Below, piece by piece: positions 51,758-61,466 of a stretch of 64,000 bases of DNA; position 1 is the first letter of the stretch, and each line of letters starts with the position of its first letter. The stretch lies in NCBI GenBank assembly GCA_963781845.1, contig CAWAHN010000014.1:16285-80284 (forward strand), read 5' to 3'. This stretch comes from an uncultured Chloroflexia bacterium (GTDB taxonomy: Bacteria; Chloroflexota; Limnocylindria; Limnocylindrales; CSP1-4). A program made the position numbers and the translations under genes. A model generated the notes under the pieces. That model was not told the DNA's origin. It did no database searches and saw only the letters and a list, made by a program, of their open reading frames with translations.

Positions 51758-52348
51758 TCAGGCCCCGGGCAGGCTCGGGTCGGAGCTCGCCGCCGGGTCG
51801 GCGGCGTCCTCGGAAGCCCCCGACTGGCCGGCCGACGCGGCTGACAGCGCTGCATCCTTCTCGGGGACCGCGGTCTCCATCGCCTCGGCCGCAGCAGCGT
51901 CGTCGAGATGCGCCTGGATCGCGGCTGCCGCCGCTGCGGGATCGGCGTCCGGCGCCAGGACCATGTCCGCGGTGATCGATCCGGCCTCGGCGGCCAGGTC
52001 CGCGATCAGGGCGGCCCGCTCGAGGCGGAGCATCTCGCGCCGCACCTCGATCGGCGGCAGGTCGAGCGAGCCGGGCGGGGCGATCGGCTCGGTCGCGTCC
52101 TCGTAGTCGAGGTCGCCGCTGATCCACGACATGATCCGGCTCTTCTTCTGGGGCGCCCCGCGTCGGAAGGCGAGCTTCTCGAGGTCCACGGCGGTCAGGC
52201 CGGGAAGCTGCTTGTCGACGTCGCCGACGAGGTTGGCCTGGCACGACGGGCACGTCTTGGCCGTCGGATCCGGCAGCTCAGCGGAGCACCACGGGCAGCG
52301 CGACAGGGACGGAGCGAGCGCAGGCGCGTCTTCGGTCGGTTCGGCCAT
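51758..52348 (-). CDS. Zinc-ribbon domain-containing hypothetical protein.
   Basis: CPWCSAELPDPTAKTCPSCQANL N-terminal Zn ribbon, 196 aa, followed by an acidic/Ala-rich C-terminus. Confidence 0.55.
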   Translation of the reverse strand: MAEPTEDAPALAPSLSRCPWCSAELPDPTAKTCPSCQANLVGDVDKQLPGLTAVDLEKLAFRRGAPQKKSRIMSWISGDLDYEDATEPIAPPGSLDLPPIEVRREMLRLERAALIADLAAEAGSITADMVLAPDADPAAAAAAIQAHLDDAAAAEAMETAVPEKDAALSAASAGQSGASEDAADPAASSDPSLPGA

Positions 52349-52396
52349 GGCCGGAATGCTAGCGCGTCCGTCGAGGGGGTTGATCCCCCGAATGTC

Positions 52397-54172
52397 CTAC
52401 TCCCACTCGATCGTGGCGGGAGGTTTCGAGCTGATGTCGTACACGACGCGGTTGACGCCCGGGACCTCGTTGACGATCCGGGACGAGATCTTGCCGAGGA
52501 CGTCATAGGGCAGCTTGGCCCAGTCCGCGGTCATCCCGTCGTCGCTGGTGACCGCTCGGATGGCGACGACGTTCGCGTACGTCCGACCGTCGCCCATGAC
52601 CCCGACCGAACGGACCGGCGTCAGGATGGCGAACGACTGCCAGACGCTCCGGTACAGCCCGGCGGCCTTGATCTCGTCGATGACGATCCAGTCCGCGTCC
52701 CGAAGCGTGTCGAGCCGCTCGGCGGTGACCTCGCCGATGATCCGGATCGCCAGCCCGGGACCGGGGAACGGCTGGCGCTGGACCATGGCCTCGGGCAGGC
52801 CGAGCTCGGCCCCGACCGTCCGGACCTCGTCCTTGAACAGGTAGCGCAGCGGCTCGATCAGCTTGAACCGGAGGTCCGCCGGCAGCCCGCCGACGTTGTG
52901 ATGGGTCTTGATCTTCTGGGCGGCCTTCGTCTCGGACGTGGCGCTCTCGATGACGTCCGGGTAGAGGGTCCCCTGGGTCAGGAAGTCGATCCGGCCGAGC
53001 TTGGTCGCCTCCTCCTCGAACACCCGGATGAACTCGTCGCCGATGATCTTCCGCTTCTGCTCCGGATCGATCACGCCGGCGAGACGGGCCAGGAAGCGGT
53101 CGCGCGCGTCCACCATCACCAGGCGCATCCCGAGATTGAGCTCGAAGGTCGCCCGGAGCAGCTCGGATTCCTTCTTCCGCATCAGGCCGTGGTCGACGTA
53201 GATGCAGGTCAGTCGGTCACCGACGGCCCGGTGGACGAGCGCCGCCGCGACCGCCGAGTCGACCCCGCCGCTGAGCGCGCAGATGACCAGCCCGTCCGAG
53301 CCGACCTCGCGAGCGTGAGCGTCCACCCGGGTGCGGATCTCGGCCACCGTCGAGTCGATGAAGTTGGCGGCGGTCCAGGTCGGCTCGATGCCTGCGATGC
53401 CGAGGACGAAGTTGCGCAGGACATCGCGGCCGCGTGGGGTGTGGACGACCTCCGGGTGGAACTGGATCCCGTACAGGTTGCGACTCGGGTCGACCAGGCC
53501 GGCGAACGGGGTCGAGTCGGTCTGGGCGGTGGAGTGGAACCCCTGGGGCAGTCGGGTGATCGAATCGCCGTGACTCATCCAGACCGGCTGATCGCGGTCG
53601 ATCCCGGTGAACAGCCGGTCGTCGGCGGTGATCGTGACCGTCGCGGGGCCGTATTCGCGCTTCGCCACCGGGAGCACGTCACCGCCGAGCTCGAGGGCCA
53701 TCATCTGGGCCCCGTAACAGATCCCCAGGACGGGGATCCGCCCGCTCCAGATGGCGGGGTCGGGCTTGGGGGCGTCGGTGTCATAGACCGACATCGGGCC
53801 GCCGGACAGGATGATCGCGCGGGCGTTGCGCCGTTCGAGCTCGGCGAGCGGCGTGTCGTGCGGCAGGAGCTCCGAATAGACGTTCAGTTCGCGGACGCGG
53901 CGGGCGATCAACTGGGCGAACTGGCTGCCGAAATCGAGGACGACGACGGTGGCCGGTTCGCCGGCGGAGGCTCCGTGCGGACTGCCCCCACCCGGGCGAT
54001 CCCCCGGCGATCGGTCGGGTCCGGGAGCCTTGAGCGCGGTCTCGAGGTAGGCCTCGACCTCCGCATCGTCGGGAGCGAGGACACGATGCCCCGCATTGGC
54101 GACCTCACCGTGGACGGTCTTGCCGCGGTCCCGGACCGGCGGAGCGTCCTCGGGCGTCTCCACGTCGCTCAA
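52397..54172 (-). CDS. guaA: GMP synthase (glutamine-hydrolysing).
   Basis: GATase domain ([22 protein letters not shown]) plus an ATP-PPase domain (SGGVDS) plus a C-terminal dimerisation domain ending ...IEWE. The N-terminal ~70 aa may be an extension. Confidence 0.9.
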   Translation of the reverse strand: MSDVETPEDAPPVRDRGKTVHGEVANAGHRVLAPDDAEVEAYLETALKAPGPDRSPGDRPGGGSPHGASAGEPATVVVLDFGSQFAQLIARRVRELNVYSELLPHDTPLAELERRNARAIILSGGPMSVYDTDAPKPDPAIWSGRIPVLGICYGAQMMALELGGDVLPVAKREYGPATVTITADDRLFTGIDRDQPVWMSHGDSITRLPQGFHSTAQTDSTPFAGLVDPSRNLYGIQFHPEVVHTPRGRDVLRNFVLGIAGIEPTWTAANFIDSTVAEIRTRVDAHAREVGSDGLVICALSGGVDSAVAAALVHRAVGDRLTCIYVDHGLMRKKESELLRATFELNLGMRLVMVDARDRFLARLAGVIDPEQKRKIIGDEFIRVFEEEATKLGRIDFLTQGTLYPDVIESATSETKAAQKIKTHHNVGGLPADLRFKLIEPLRYLFKDEVRTVGAELGLPEAMVQRQPFPGPGLAIRIIGEVTAERLDTLRDADWIVIDEIKAAGLYRSVWQSFAILTPVRSVGVMGDGRTYANVVAIRAVTSDDGMTADWAKLPYDVLGKISSRIVNEVPGVNRVVYDISSKPPATIEWE

Positions 54173-54350
54173 TCGCCACCCTCCGCTCAGCCGCCTGGTG
54201 GCCTCCAGTCTACCCGGGCGGAGAGGTCGAGGCGGCGCATCGGGAGCCGCGACGCCGGGGAGACGCCGATGGTGGTGCCGCGCGGTGCGCTCACCGTCGG
54301 AGGCGTCGCTGGCGTGGGTTGCGTCGCCGTTCGCTGCCGGCGACCGAGGG

Positions 54351-55385
54351 TCAGCCCGGGGTGTCCGTCCCGCTCGGGGTGGCCGCCGGCTTCGGCTTGG
54401 CGTCCGTCCGCGGCTTCCCGGCGAGGATCCAGGCGGCGTCGAACGACCCGTCGGCGTTCTTGGTCCCGACGGCCGACAGCTGCATCCCGACGTCGACGTC
54501 GTCCAGGCCGGGCGTCGTGGCGCCGCGAACGAAGAACTTGGTGTCCGCGCCGATCTGGATCGTGGCCTTCGAGCCGTCGCGCTGCTTGACGGTGATCGAG
54601 TCCTTCGTCTTGGACAGGACCTCGCCGCCGACCCGGTCGAGCCGGACCTGGATGCGCACGGTCGAGGCGGTGAACGCGTCGCCCGGACCCTCGGTCCCGG
54701 AGACGACGACGACCGAGTCGACCTTCAGGTCCGACTTCTTGCCGTCGGTCGGCCCGACCTTGAAGGTCGTCGACCCGGTCAGGGTCACGGTCTTGGTCGT
54801 CCCGCCGCGAACCTTGACCGTGACGTCGTTCCCGTCGATGGCGCTGACCGTCCCGGCCACGACGGGCAGGTAGACGCTCAGCCCGGTCACGGTGTAGGTC
54901 CCGTCGGCGTTGCGCTGCTGGCGCAGGATCACCCGGTCGCCGACCTTCAGGTCTGCGACCGTCGCAGGCTTGCCGTCCTTGTCGATCTTCGTGTCGGCGC
55001 CGACGGTGATCGTCCGGGTCCAGCCGTCATCGGTCTTCAGCCCGATCTTCGATCCGTCGATCGAGTCGATCGCGATCGACCGGCCGACCGTCGCACCGAA
55101 CCCGCCGCGCGGGCCGCCCAGCCCCAGGCCGCCTGCGCCGCCGAGGAAGTCCCGAAGGCCGAGCAGCGCCCGGGGGAAGCCGGATCGATGGTCGGCCTTG
55201 CCTGGGGCGGCGCTGGCCGTGGAGTCCGTGCCCGGCCCGGTCGGAGCGGGTGAGGCCCCCAGCACGACCACGGCGCTGAGCGCGAGCGCGAGGCACGCTC
55301 CGAGGACGACCCCGATCCGGACGATGTCCAGGGCGCGACGGGATGGGGTGCGATCGGATCCGGTGTCAGGCGTGCTCGCGGTCAT
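54351..55385 (-). CDS. Membrane-anchored/secreted protein with repeated DUF5666-like beta domains.
   Basis: N-terminal TM ([24 protein letters not shown]), then repeated [10 protein letters not shown] / DSVVVVSG / GMQLSAVG beta-barrel-like modules. 344 aa. Confidence 0.55.
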   Translation of the reverse strand: MTASTPDTGSDRTPSRRALDIVRIGVVLGACLALALSAVVVLGASPAPTGPGTDSTASAAPGKADHRSGFPRALLGLRDFLGGAGGLGLGGPRGGFGATVGRSIAIDSIDGSKIGLKTDDGWTRTITVGADTKIDKDGKPATVADLKVGDRVILRQQRNADGTYTVTGLSVYLPVVAGTVSAIDGNDVTVKVRGGTTKTVTLTGSTTFKVGPTDGKKSDLKVDSVVVVSGTEGPGDAFTASTVRIQVRLDRVGGEVLSKTKDSITVKQRDGSKATIQIGADTKFFVRGATTPGLDDVDVGMQLSAVGTKNADGSFDAAWILAGKPRTDAKPKPAATPSGTDTPG

Positions 55386-55492
55386 GGTCCCTCCGAGGGG
55401 TCGATGGCACGCACTCTAGCGCGGGATGGGGACCGAGCACGAGAGATGGGACGGCGGCGGAGACCGAAAGCGGTGCGTCGGAGCAACCACGG

Positions 55493-57664
55493 TCAGCGCT
55501 TGAGGTTCACCCGCTCGCCGCGGTAGGTGCCGCGGACCGACCGCACGCCGTCGGCGTCGTCGAAGTAGCTCAGCCGGTTGCCGCCACCGAGGTGGACCGC
55601 CAGGCGGAAGGTCCCCGCGTCGTCGTCGATCTTGCCCGATCCGGTCATCGGTGCGCCCCGGGTGAAGACGCATCGGTCGAGCTTCAACGCCGTCCCGCCC
55701 GAGACCGGCGTGTAGGTCAGCGTGCCGCCGAGGTTGCAACCCATCGTGATCGGATCCTCGTCGACCCGATAGGTGTAGTCGTCCGTATTGGTGATCTGGG
55801 ACTCCATCGCGGTCATCAGCGCCAGGGCATCGCGATAGTCGGCGGCGCGCGGCTTGGCGTTCGGCACGTACGGGTCGATGACGTCGTTGGGGCAGGTGGT
55901 CACCCGCGTCGCCGGCAGCGTGCCCGACACCAGGTAGTCGGTGATCGGCTTGTCCGGGCAGGCGTCGCCCCGCCCGAAGATCACGTGATCGCCGCCGAGC
56001 GCCTCGAACAGGTAGGCGTTCGGGAGCCGGCCGTACAGGCGCATCGCGTTGGAGATCGGGGTGGCGACGTCCGCCGTGGCGGTCAGGATGAACGTCGGAT
56101 AGGGCGGGTCGACGATCGCCTTCGGTCGCGGATCGGTCTTCGGCTGCGCCGGCCAGAAGACGCACGGCATGTCCCCATAGAACGTCGAACCGAGCCGAAG
56201 GTCGTTGATCCCGGCCTTCGCGCCCTCGGCCATCCAGGCCGCTGCCCGGGCGTCGGGTGTGCCGCCGTCGAGGTAGAACGCGTAGTCCTGGCATTCGGTC
56301 GCGTAGTACATCGCGTCGCTGTAGGTCGGGTCGGGGATCGCCTGGAGCGTCTCCGGGTCGAGCACGATGCTGTCGTACGCGGCACGGGCCATCGGGACGT
56401 AGTCGCCGTGCGAGGCGGCGGCCAGGTCACGCAGGAACTGGGAACGGTCGTCCGGACCGTAGGCGTAGCCCGCGGCGAGGTTGGTCAGGTCGGTCTGGGT
56501 CAGGGGGCGGGTCTCGAAGGTGCCCTTCGCGGTCGGGAAGCGGAACTCGATCGGCCCGGTCTTGAGCCTGGCCGCGAGGGCGTCGTAGGTGGCCAGCGGG
56601 TCGCCGCCGACGAAGCCTGCGCGGCAGGACGCGTCGGCCTTGCACGCCGTCAGAGCCTCGAACAGGACGTCGTCGAACGCCCGGGCGCCTTCCTTGTAGT
56701 AGGCGATCGCGTCCGGGACGAGGTCGACCGGACCGTCGATGAACAGCGCCTTGACGCGGTCCGGATGCGCCGCGGCATAGGTCTGCACGTACTGGGTGCC
56801 GTAGCTCTCGCCGTACAGCATCATCTGGTCGACGCCGAGGTAGTCGCGGAACGCCTCGAGGTCCTCGACGTCATTCGCCGTCGCGTAGTACGGGAGATCG
56901 GCGACGTCGGCCTTCGACTCGGTCATGCAGTCCGCGACGTACTTCTTGGCGGCTGCGGCCGCGGCGTCTTCCTGGGCCGGATCGCCCGGGTCGGCCGTGC
57001 TCGAGTAGTAGACCCCGGTCGCATACGGGCACTGGATCGGGTGGGACTGCCCGACGCCGCGCTGGTCCATGAACACCAGGTCGTAGTGCTCCGCGAGCTT
57101 GGGATCGAAGGCGTCGGTGTAGGGATCTGCGGCGGCCAGCCCGCTGTAGCCGGGACCGCCGGTGATCGTCACGAAGGTCCCGAGCTTGGTCCCGGTCGCC
57201 CGGTGGATCGCATAGGTGATATCCCAGGTCGGACCGGTCGGATCGGCGTGGTCGCGCGGGACGGCCAGGGTGATGCACTCGAACTTGCTCTTCGGGCACG
57301 CTTCCTGCTTGACGAAGGTGTACGGGGTCGTGCCGCCACCGGTCGTGGGTGACGAGGATGGGCCCGGGGCGCCCGATGCGGCCGGGCTGGTCGCTGGCGT
57401 CGGGGCGCCGGGCGAACTCGATCCGGCCGGGGCCTCGGCCGAGGGCGAGGCGACGGCCGAGGGCGAGGCGACGGCCGAGGGCGAGCCGCCCGCCGAGGCC
57501 GCGGTCGAAGGGGCGGCGACCGGCGACCCGGAAGCAGCCGGCAGCTGGCCCGGGACATGGGTGAACCCCGGCGCCGTCGAGCCGCAGGCCGCCACCAGCG
57601 TCGCTGCCAGCAACGCCCAGCAGGCGCGTCTCGGGGTCCCGAGGATCGGTCGACGGATCGGCAT
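55493..57664 (-). CDS. Alpha/beta-hydrolase lipoprotein, tripeptidyl-aminopeptidase (Streptomyces TAP / S33)-like.
   Basis: Lipobox LLAATLVAACGS, an Ala/Ser/Pro-rich linker, the nucleophile elbow GESYG (LYGESYGTQYV), ~723 aa. Confidence 0.75.
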   Translation of the reverse strand: MPIRRPILGTPRRACWALLAATLVAACGSTAPGFTHVPGQLPAASGSPVAAPSTAASAGGSPSAVASPSAVASPSAEAPAGSSSPGAPTPATSPAASGAPGPSSSPTTGGGTTPYTFVKQEACPKSKFECITLAVPRDHADPTGPTWDITYAIHRATGTKLGTFVTITGGPGYSGLAAADPYTDAFDPKLAEHYDLVFMDQRGVGQSHPIQCPYATGVYYSSTADPGDPAQEDAAAAAAKKYVADCMTESKADVADLPYYATANDVEDLEAFRDYLGVDQMMLYGESYGTQYVQTYAAAHPDRVKALFIDGPVDLVPDAIAYYKEGARAFDDVLFEALTACKADASCRAGFVGGDPLATYDALAARLKTGPIEFRFPTAKGTFETRPLTQTDLTNLAAGYAYGPDDRSQFLRDLAAASHGDYVPMARAAYDSIVLDPETLQAIPDPTYSDAMYYATECQDYAFYLDGGTPDARAAAWMAEGAKAGINDLRLGSTFYGDMPCVFWPAQPKTDPRPKAIVDPPYPTFILTATADVATPISNAMRLYGRLPNAYLFEALGGDHVIFGRGDACPDKPITDYLVSGTLPATRVTTCPNDVIDPYVPNAKPRAADYRDALALMTAMESQITNTDDYTYRVDEDPITMGCNLGGTLTYTPVSGGTALKLDRCVFTRGAPMTGSGKIDDDAGTFRLAVHLGGGNRLSYFDDADGVRSVRGTYRGERVNLKR
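57438..57491. repeat. 18-bp tandem repeat x3 (gccgagggcgaggcgacg) inside the linker of the peptidase lipoprotein CDS.
   Basis: Read directly: gccgagggcgaggcgacg gccgagggcgaggcgacg gccgagggcgagccgccc. It encodes SPSAVA repeats on the minus strand. Confidence 0.85.
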
Positions 57665-57724
57665 ACGCGCCAGACTACCGATCGGTGGCGATCCGGCAAG
57701 GGGCAAACGCGGACTCCGGGACGG

Positions 57725-58130
57725 TCAGTCCCGGTTGCGCATCGCCTCAGCGGCCATCTCGAAGTAGGCGTCGAGCTTCGCCGAGATCGGCGGCGCGGGG
57801 TCCAGTGCCGCGAGCGAATGTCGCATGTGCCCGAGCCAGGCGTCCCGCTCCGCCGGTCCGATGGCGAACGGGGCATGCCGCATGCGCAGGCGGGGATGGC
57901 CGCGCTCCTCGTCGTAGGTCGTCGGTCCACCCCAGTACTGGGCCAGGAACAGGGTCAGGCGGTGGCGGGCAAGGGGCAGGGCCTGGTCCGTCTCGGGATA
58001 CAGCGGTCGGAGGACGGGGTCGGCGGCGACCCGATCGTAGAACCCCGCGACGAGTGCCTCGAAGAAGGGCAGCCCGCCGACGGACGCGAACAGTGTCTCG
58101 TCGTCCGTGGTCAGCGGGCCCTCTGCCAGG
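57725..58130 (-). CDS. glbO: Group II truncated hemoglobin (GlbO-like); start codon uncertain.
   Basis: ...ETLFASVGGLPFFEALVAGFYDRVAADPVLRPLYPE...RGHPRLRMRHAPFAIGPAERDAWL aligns to trHbO. No in-frame ATG/GTG/TTG lies near the expected N-terminus, so a CTG (LAEGP...) is assumed. It overlaps the stop of the upstream guaB3-like gene. Confidence 0.6.
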
Positions 58131-59346
58131 ACTTGCCCTCGGTCTGGACCGACGGCGCGTAGACCATCTCGACCGACTGCATCTCGCGGATCGTCCGGGC
58201 ACCGAGCGCGGCCATCGACTGGCGCAACGCCCCGACGAGGTTCTCGGAGCCGTCGGTGACGTGGGCCGGGCCGAACAGGATCCGCTCGAGCGAGCCGACG
58301 GTCCCGACCTTGATCCGGGTCCCTCGCGGTAGCGTCGGGGACGGAGCGGCCATGCCCCAGTTCGTGCCCCGACCGGGCGCTTCCGCGGCCCGGGCCAGCG
58401 GTGATCCGATCATCAGGGCATCGGCGCCGGCGGCGATCGCCTTCGCGAGCTCGCCGCCCCGCCGCATCCCGCCGTCGGCGACGACGGGGACGTAGCGACC
58501 GGTCTCGGCGAGGTAGGCGTCGCGGGCCGCGGCGACGTCGCTGATCGCGGTCACCTGGGGAACGCCGATCCCGAGGACCTCGCGGGTGGTGCACGCGGCG
58601 CCGGGGCCGACGCCGACGAAGACCGCCGCGGCGCCCTGCTCCATGAGCGCGAAGGCGGCCTCGGCATTCGTGGTGTTGCCGACCGCGACGGGGATCGGCA
58701 TGAACCGGGTGAAATCGTCGAGCGACAGCGGGTCGTAGCCGGTCGCGAGATGGCGGGCGCTCGAGACCTGGCTCTGGACGAGGAACAGGTCCGCCCCGTG
58801 CTCGGCGCAGAACGGCCCGAACCGACGGGCGGCCCCCGGCGTGGCGGCGACGGCGACCTTCGACCCGGCCGCGTGGATCTCCTCGATCCGCTGCGCGATG
58901 AGCTCTTCGCGGATCGGCTCGGCGTAGACCTCCGCGAGGAGGCCCTGCACCTCCGGATCGGGCGCCAGGGCGATCCGCTCGAGGACGGCATCGGGGTCGT
59001 CGAACCGGGCCTGGACCCCCTCGAGATTGAGCACCGCGAGACCGCCGAGGCGCCCGAGCGCGCCGGCGAACCGGGCGTCGACCACCGCATCCATGGCCGA
59101 GGCGAGGATCGGGATCGCGAGGTCGAGGCCGCAGAACGTCTGAGCGACGTCGACGTCGTTCGGCTCGACCGTGCTGGTCCCGGGCGCCAGGCTGACGTCC
59201 TCGAACCCGTAGGTCGGTCGGATCGTGTCGACCTTCGAGTGGAAGACGCGCCGCTGCGCGGCATCGGACAGCGGTGCCGTCGGGGTCGTCGTGGGTGCGT
59301 CGGTCCGGTCGAGCAATCTGGCCTCCGATGGTGCGCGGGCCGCCAT
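58111..59346 (-). CDS. IMP dehydrogenase-family protein lacking CBS domains (GuaB3-like).
   Basis: TIM-barrel IMPDH core (LASAMDAV, GVGPGAACTTREVLGIGVPQ, VADGGMRRGGELAKA) with no CBS pair. The start is uncertain (ATG at ~59346, 59382 or 59448). Confidence 0.7.
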   Translation of the reverse strand: MAARAPSEARLLDRTDAPTTTPTAPLSDAAQRRVFHSKVDTIRPTYGFEDVSLAPGTSTVEPNDVDVAQTFCGLDLAIPILASAMDAVVDARFAGALGRLGGLAVLNLEGVQARFDDPDAVLERIALAPDPEVQGLLAEVYAEPIREELIAQRIEEIHAAGSKVAVAATPGAARRFGPFCAEHGADLFLVQSQVSSARHLATGYDPLSLDDFTRFMPIPVAVGNTTNAEAAFALMEQGAAAVFVGVGPGAACTTREVLGIGVPQVTAISDVAAARDAYLAETGRYVPVVADGGMRRGGELAKAIAAGADALMIGSPLARAAEAPGRGTNWGMAAPSPTLPRGTRIKVGTVGSLERILFGPAHVTDGSENLVGALRQSMAALGARTIREMQSVEMVYAPSVQTEGKSWQRAR

Positions 59347-59422
59347 CCGCGGGCCGGGGCAGGTTGCGCGCCAGTCTACCATCCGGGAGCCCGGCGGCCG
59401 GTGTCGGGCGAGCGTCGGCGGT

Positions 59423-59911
59423 TCAGCCGCGCACGCGCGCGCCGTCATGATCGAGCCGGAACCACGGTTCGCGATCCTGGTCGAGGAGGTCGCGCTCGAC
59501 GATCGTCAGCGCGTCGCGGTATCCCGGCCAGACGACCATCGCGTGCGCGTCACGCGGGGCAAGCCATCGGTAGGCATCGTGCTCCATCGACAGGACCGGC
59601 TCGGCGTCGGGAGCCACCCGGACCGCGAACACCGCCGCACTGACGATCGCGTCCGCCGGTGACCAATGGAACTGGTTGACGAGGTCCAGGTCGTAGTACG
59701 CCTCGATGGCCGGACCGGCGAAGCCCGTCTCCTCGCCAAGCTCGCGGAGCGCGCCCGCCGTGACTCGTTCGCCGGCCTCGAGCGACCCGGACACCCCCTG
59801 CCACAGGCCGGCCAGGATCCGGCCGGGCGACCGACGCATCAAGAGGATCTCGAGCCCGCCGGGCACAGGCGTTCGGAAGACCCAAACGTCGACGAGATCG
59901 GGGCGGTACAT
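59423..59911 (-). CDS. NUDIX hydrolase.
   Basis: Nudix box GSLEAGERVTAGALRELGEETGF, 162 aa. Confidence 0.8.
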   Translation of the reverse strand: MYRPDLVDVWVFRTPVPGGLEILLMRRSPGRILAGLWQGVSGSLEAGERVTAGALRELGEETGFAGPAIEAYYDLDLVNQFHWSPADAIVSAAVFAVRVAPDAEPVLSMEHDAYRWLAPRDAHAMVVWPGYRDALTIVERDLLDQDREPWFRLDHDGARVRG

Positions 59912-60021
59912 CGTCAGACTGCCTCCCCTGCCCGCCGCGGCGCGGCGGCGATCGTCGACGACACGGCCGCGGGGTGCGGAGCCCCCGTTCCCACAGCGGC
60001 GAGCCGGTCCACGTCGCGCAG

Positions 60022-60351
60022 CTAGAGCCGCTCGAGTCGTTCGACCGGCAGGACGAAGACCGTCGCCCCGCCGACTTCGACCTCGAGCGGATAGGGCATG
60101 AAGAACTCGCCGGGCTCCATGATCGGCGGCATCGGGTTGACGATCTGCGTCCGGGCCGTGCAGTTGGTCCGGACGATCTCGAGGATCTGCTCGACCTTGT
60201 CGTCCTCGACGCCGACGAGGATCGTGGCGTTCGACTGCTTGAGGAAGCCCCCGGACGAGTGAAGCCGCGTCGCTCGGTGCTCGCCCTCCAGGAGGGCATC
60301 GACGAGGGCGCCGGCATCCTCGTTGTGGACGATGGCGACGACGAGCTTCAT
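60022..60351 (-). CDS. PII-like cyclic-di-AMP receptor family protein (DarA/PstA, DUF970).
   Basis: MKLVVAIVHNEDAGALVDALLEGEHRATRLHSSGGFLKQSNATILVGVEDDKVEQILEIV, 109 aa, the length typical of DarA. Confidence 0.7.
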   Translation of the reverse strand: MKLVVAIVHNEDAGALVDALLEGEHRATRLHSSGGFLKQSNATILVGVEDDKVEQILEIVRTNCTARTQIVNPMPPIMEPGEFFMPYPLEVEVGGATVFVLPVERLERL

Positions 60352-60446
60352 CGGGCGGAGTATAGGGTGCGCCGTCGGCCTCGCACCGGGGCACGGGTGG
60401 CGTAGCATGCGGTCCTCACCGCTCCACCCCGGAGGACACCCGCGCG
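60352..60446. promoter_or_regulatory. Divergent intergenic region between the darA-like gene and the GGDEF gene.
   Basis: 95-bp gap between divergent starts. Confidence 0.3.
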
Positions 60447-61427
60447 ATGGACGTCTCCACGGATCTGCTCACCCAGGGCGCGGCCGCCCTCGCCGCGACC
60501 GACGATCTCGATGCCGGCGTCGCCCGCCTGCTCGCGATCCTGGCGGGCGCCCTGGACACGTCGTTCGCGGCGGTCACGCTCCAGGACCCCGACCGGGCCG
60601 ACCTCCAGGTCGCCGTGACGGTCGGCGGGGACGATGCGACGCGGACGGCGTTCGAGGCTGAGGTCGCGAAGCCGGACGGCTCCGTCGCCCTGACCGCGGC
60701 CGACCGGACCCCGCGGATGGGCGAAGGGACCGTCGATGTCCCGCTCGTCGTGACCCGGGGCGGCATCGACCAGCTCGTCGGCGTCCTGTCGCTGGCTCGC
60801 CCTGCGGTCGCCGCGCCGACCGACGAGGAACGGACGATCGTGCCGGCGTTCGCCGACCTCATCGCGGTGGCCGTGGATCGAGCCCGTGTCTCGTCGCTCC
60901 TGGTCGAACGGTCGGAGTGGTTCGAGCGGGTGGCCCACACCGACCCGCTCACCGGGCTCGCCAACGAGCGGACGTTCGGGCGCATCCTCGAGCTGGAGCT
61001 CGCCCGTGCCGGACGCCAGGGGGGCGAGGTCTCGCTGGCGGTCTTCGATGTCGACGATCTCGGTGCGACCAACGAGGCGTCCGGCCACGGGGCCGGCGAC
61101 GACGTCCTGCGATCGGTCGCCGCCGTGCTCGCGGAGTCGGTCCGGCTTGTCGACACGGTCGCACGCGTCGGCGGCGACGAATTCGTCCTCGTGGCACCCG
61201 GCTCGGCCGGGATGACCGTGGCCCAGCGCGTCCTCGACGGGATCGCGGCCCTCCCGGCGGGGACGTCGGGCCGGAACATCACCGTCTCCGCCGGCGTGGC
61301 GCGGTTCCCGATCGACGGTGGGACGGCCGAAGACCTGAGGGCGGCCGCGGATGCCGCGCTCGCAGCGGCCCGGGCCGCCGGGCGGGGCGGCCTCGCTGCT
61401 CCGCCGCTCGCCGCCGCCGAGGGCTGA
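60447..61427 (+). CDS. GAF-like sensor domain plus GGDEF diguanylate cyclase.
   Basis: RVGGDEF active-site motif. DPLTGLANER precedes it. The N-terminal 150 aa is GAF-like. 326 aa. Confidence 0.85.
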   Translation: MDVSTDLLTQGAAALAATDDLDAGVARLLAILAGALDTSFAAVTLQDPDRADLQVAVTVGGDDATRTAFEAEVAKPDGSVALTAADRTPRMGEGTVDVPLVVTRGGIDQLVGVLSLARPAVAAPTDEERTIVPAFADLIAVAVDRARVSSLLVERSEWFERVAHTDPLTGLANERTFGRILELELARAGRQGGEVSLAVFDVDDLGATNEASGHGAGDDVLRSVAAVLAESVRLVDTVARVGGDEFVLVAPGSAGMTVAQRVLDGIAALPAGTSGRNITVSAGVARFPIDGGTAEDLRAAADAALAAARAAGRGGLAAPPLAAAEG

Positions 61428-61466
61428 TCGCGAACCGCGGGTCGTCCCGCCGGTCCGCCGCAGAGG

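Noticed and set aside
51186-52253. 355-aa minus-strand ORF.
   Set aside because: It is an Arg/Gly-rich alternate frame overlapping two better-supported smaller genes (51239..51697 and 51758..52348).
51908-54589. 893-aa plus-strand ORF.
   Set aside because: It is antisense to guaA.
55343-57352. 669-aa plus-strand ORF.
   Set aside because: It is antisense to the tripeptidyl-aminopeptidase-like lipoprotein gene.
57725-58594. Full 289-aa extent of the glbO-containing track ORF.
   Set aside because: Only the C-terminal ~135 codons are globin-like. The upstream 150 codons are Arg/Gly/Asp junk overlapping the guaB3-like CDS.
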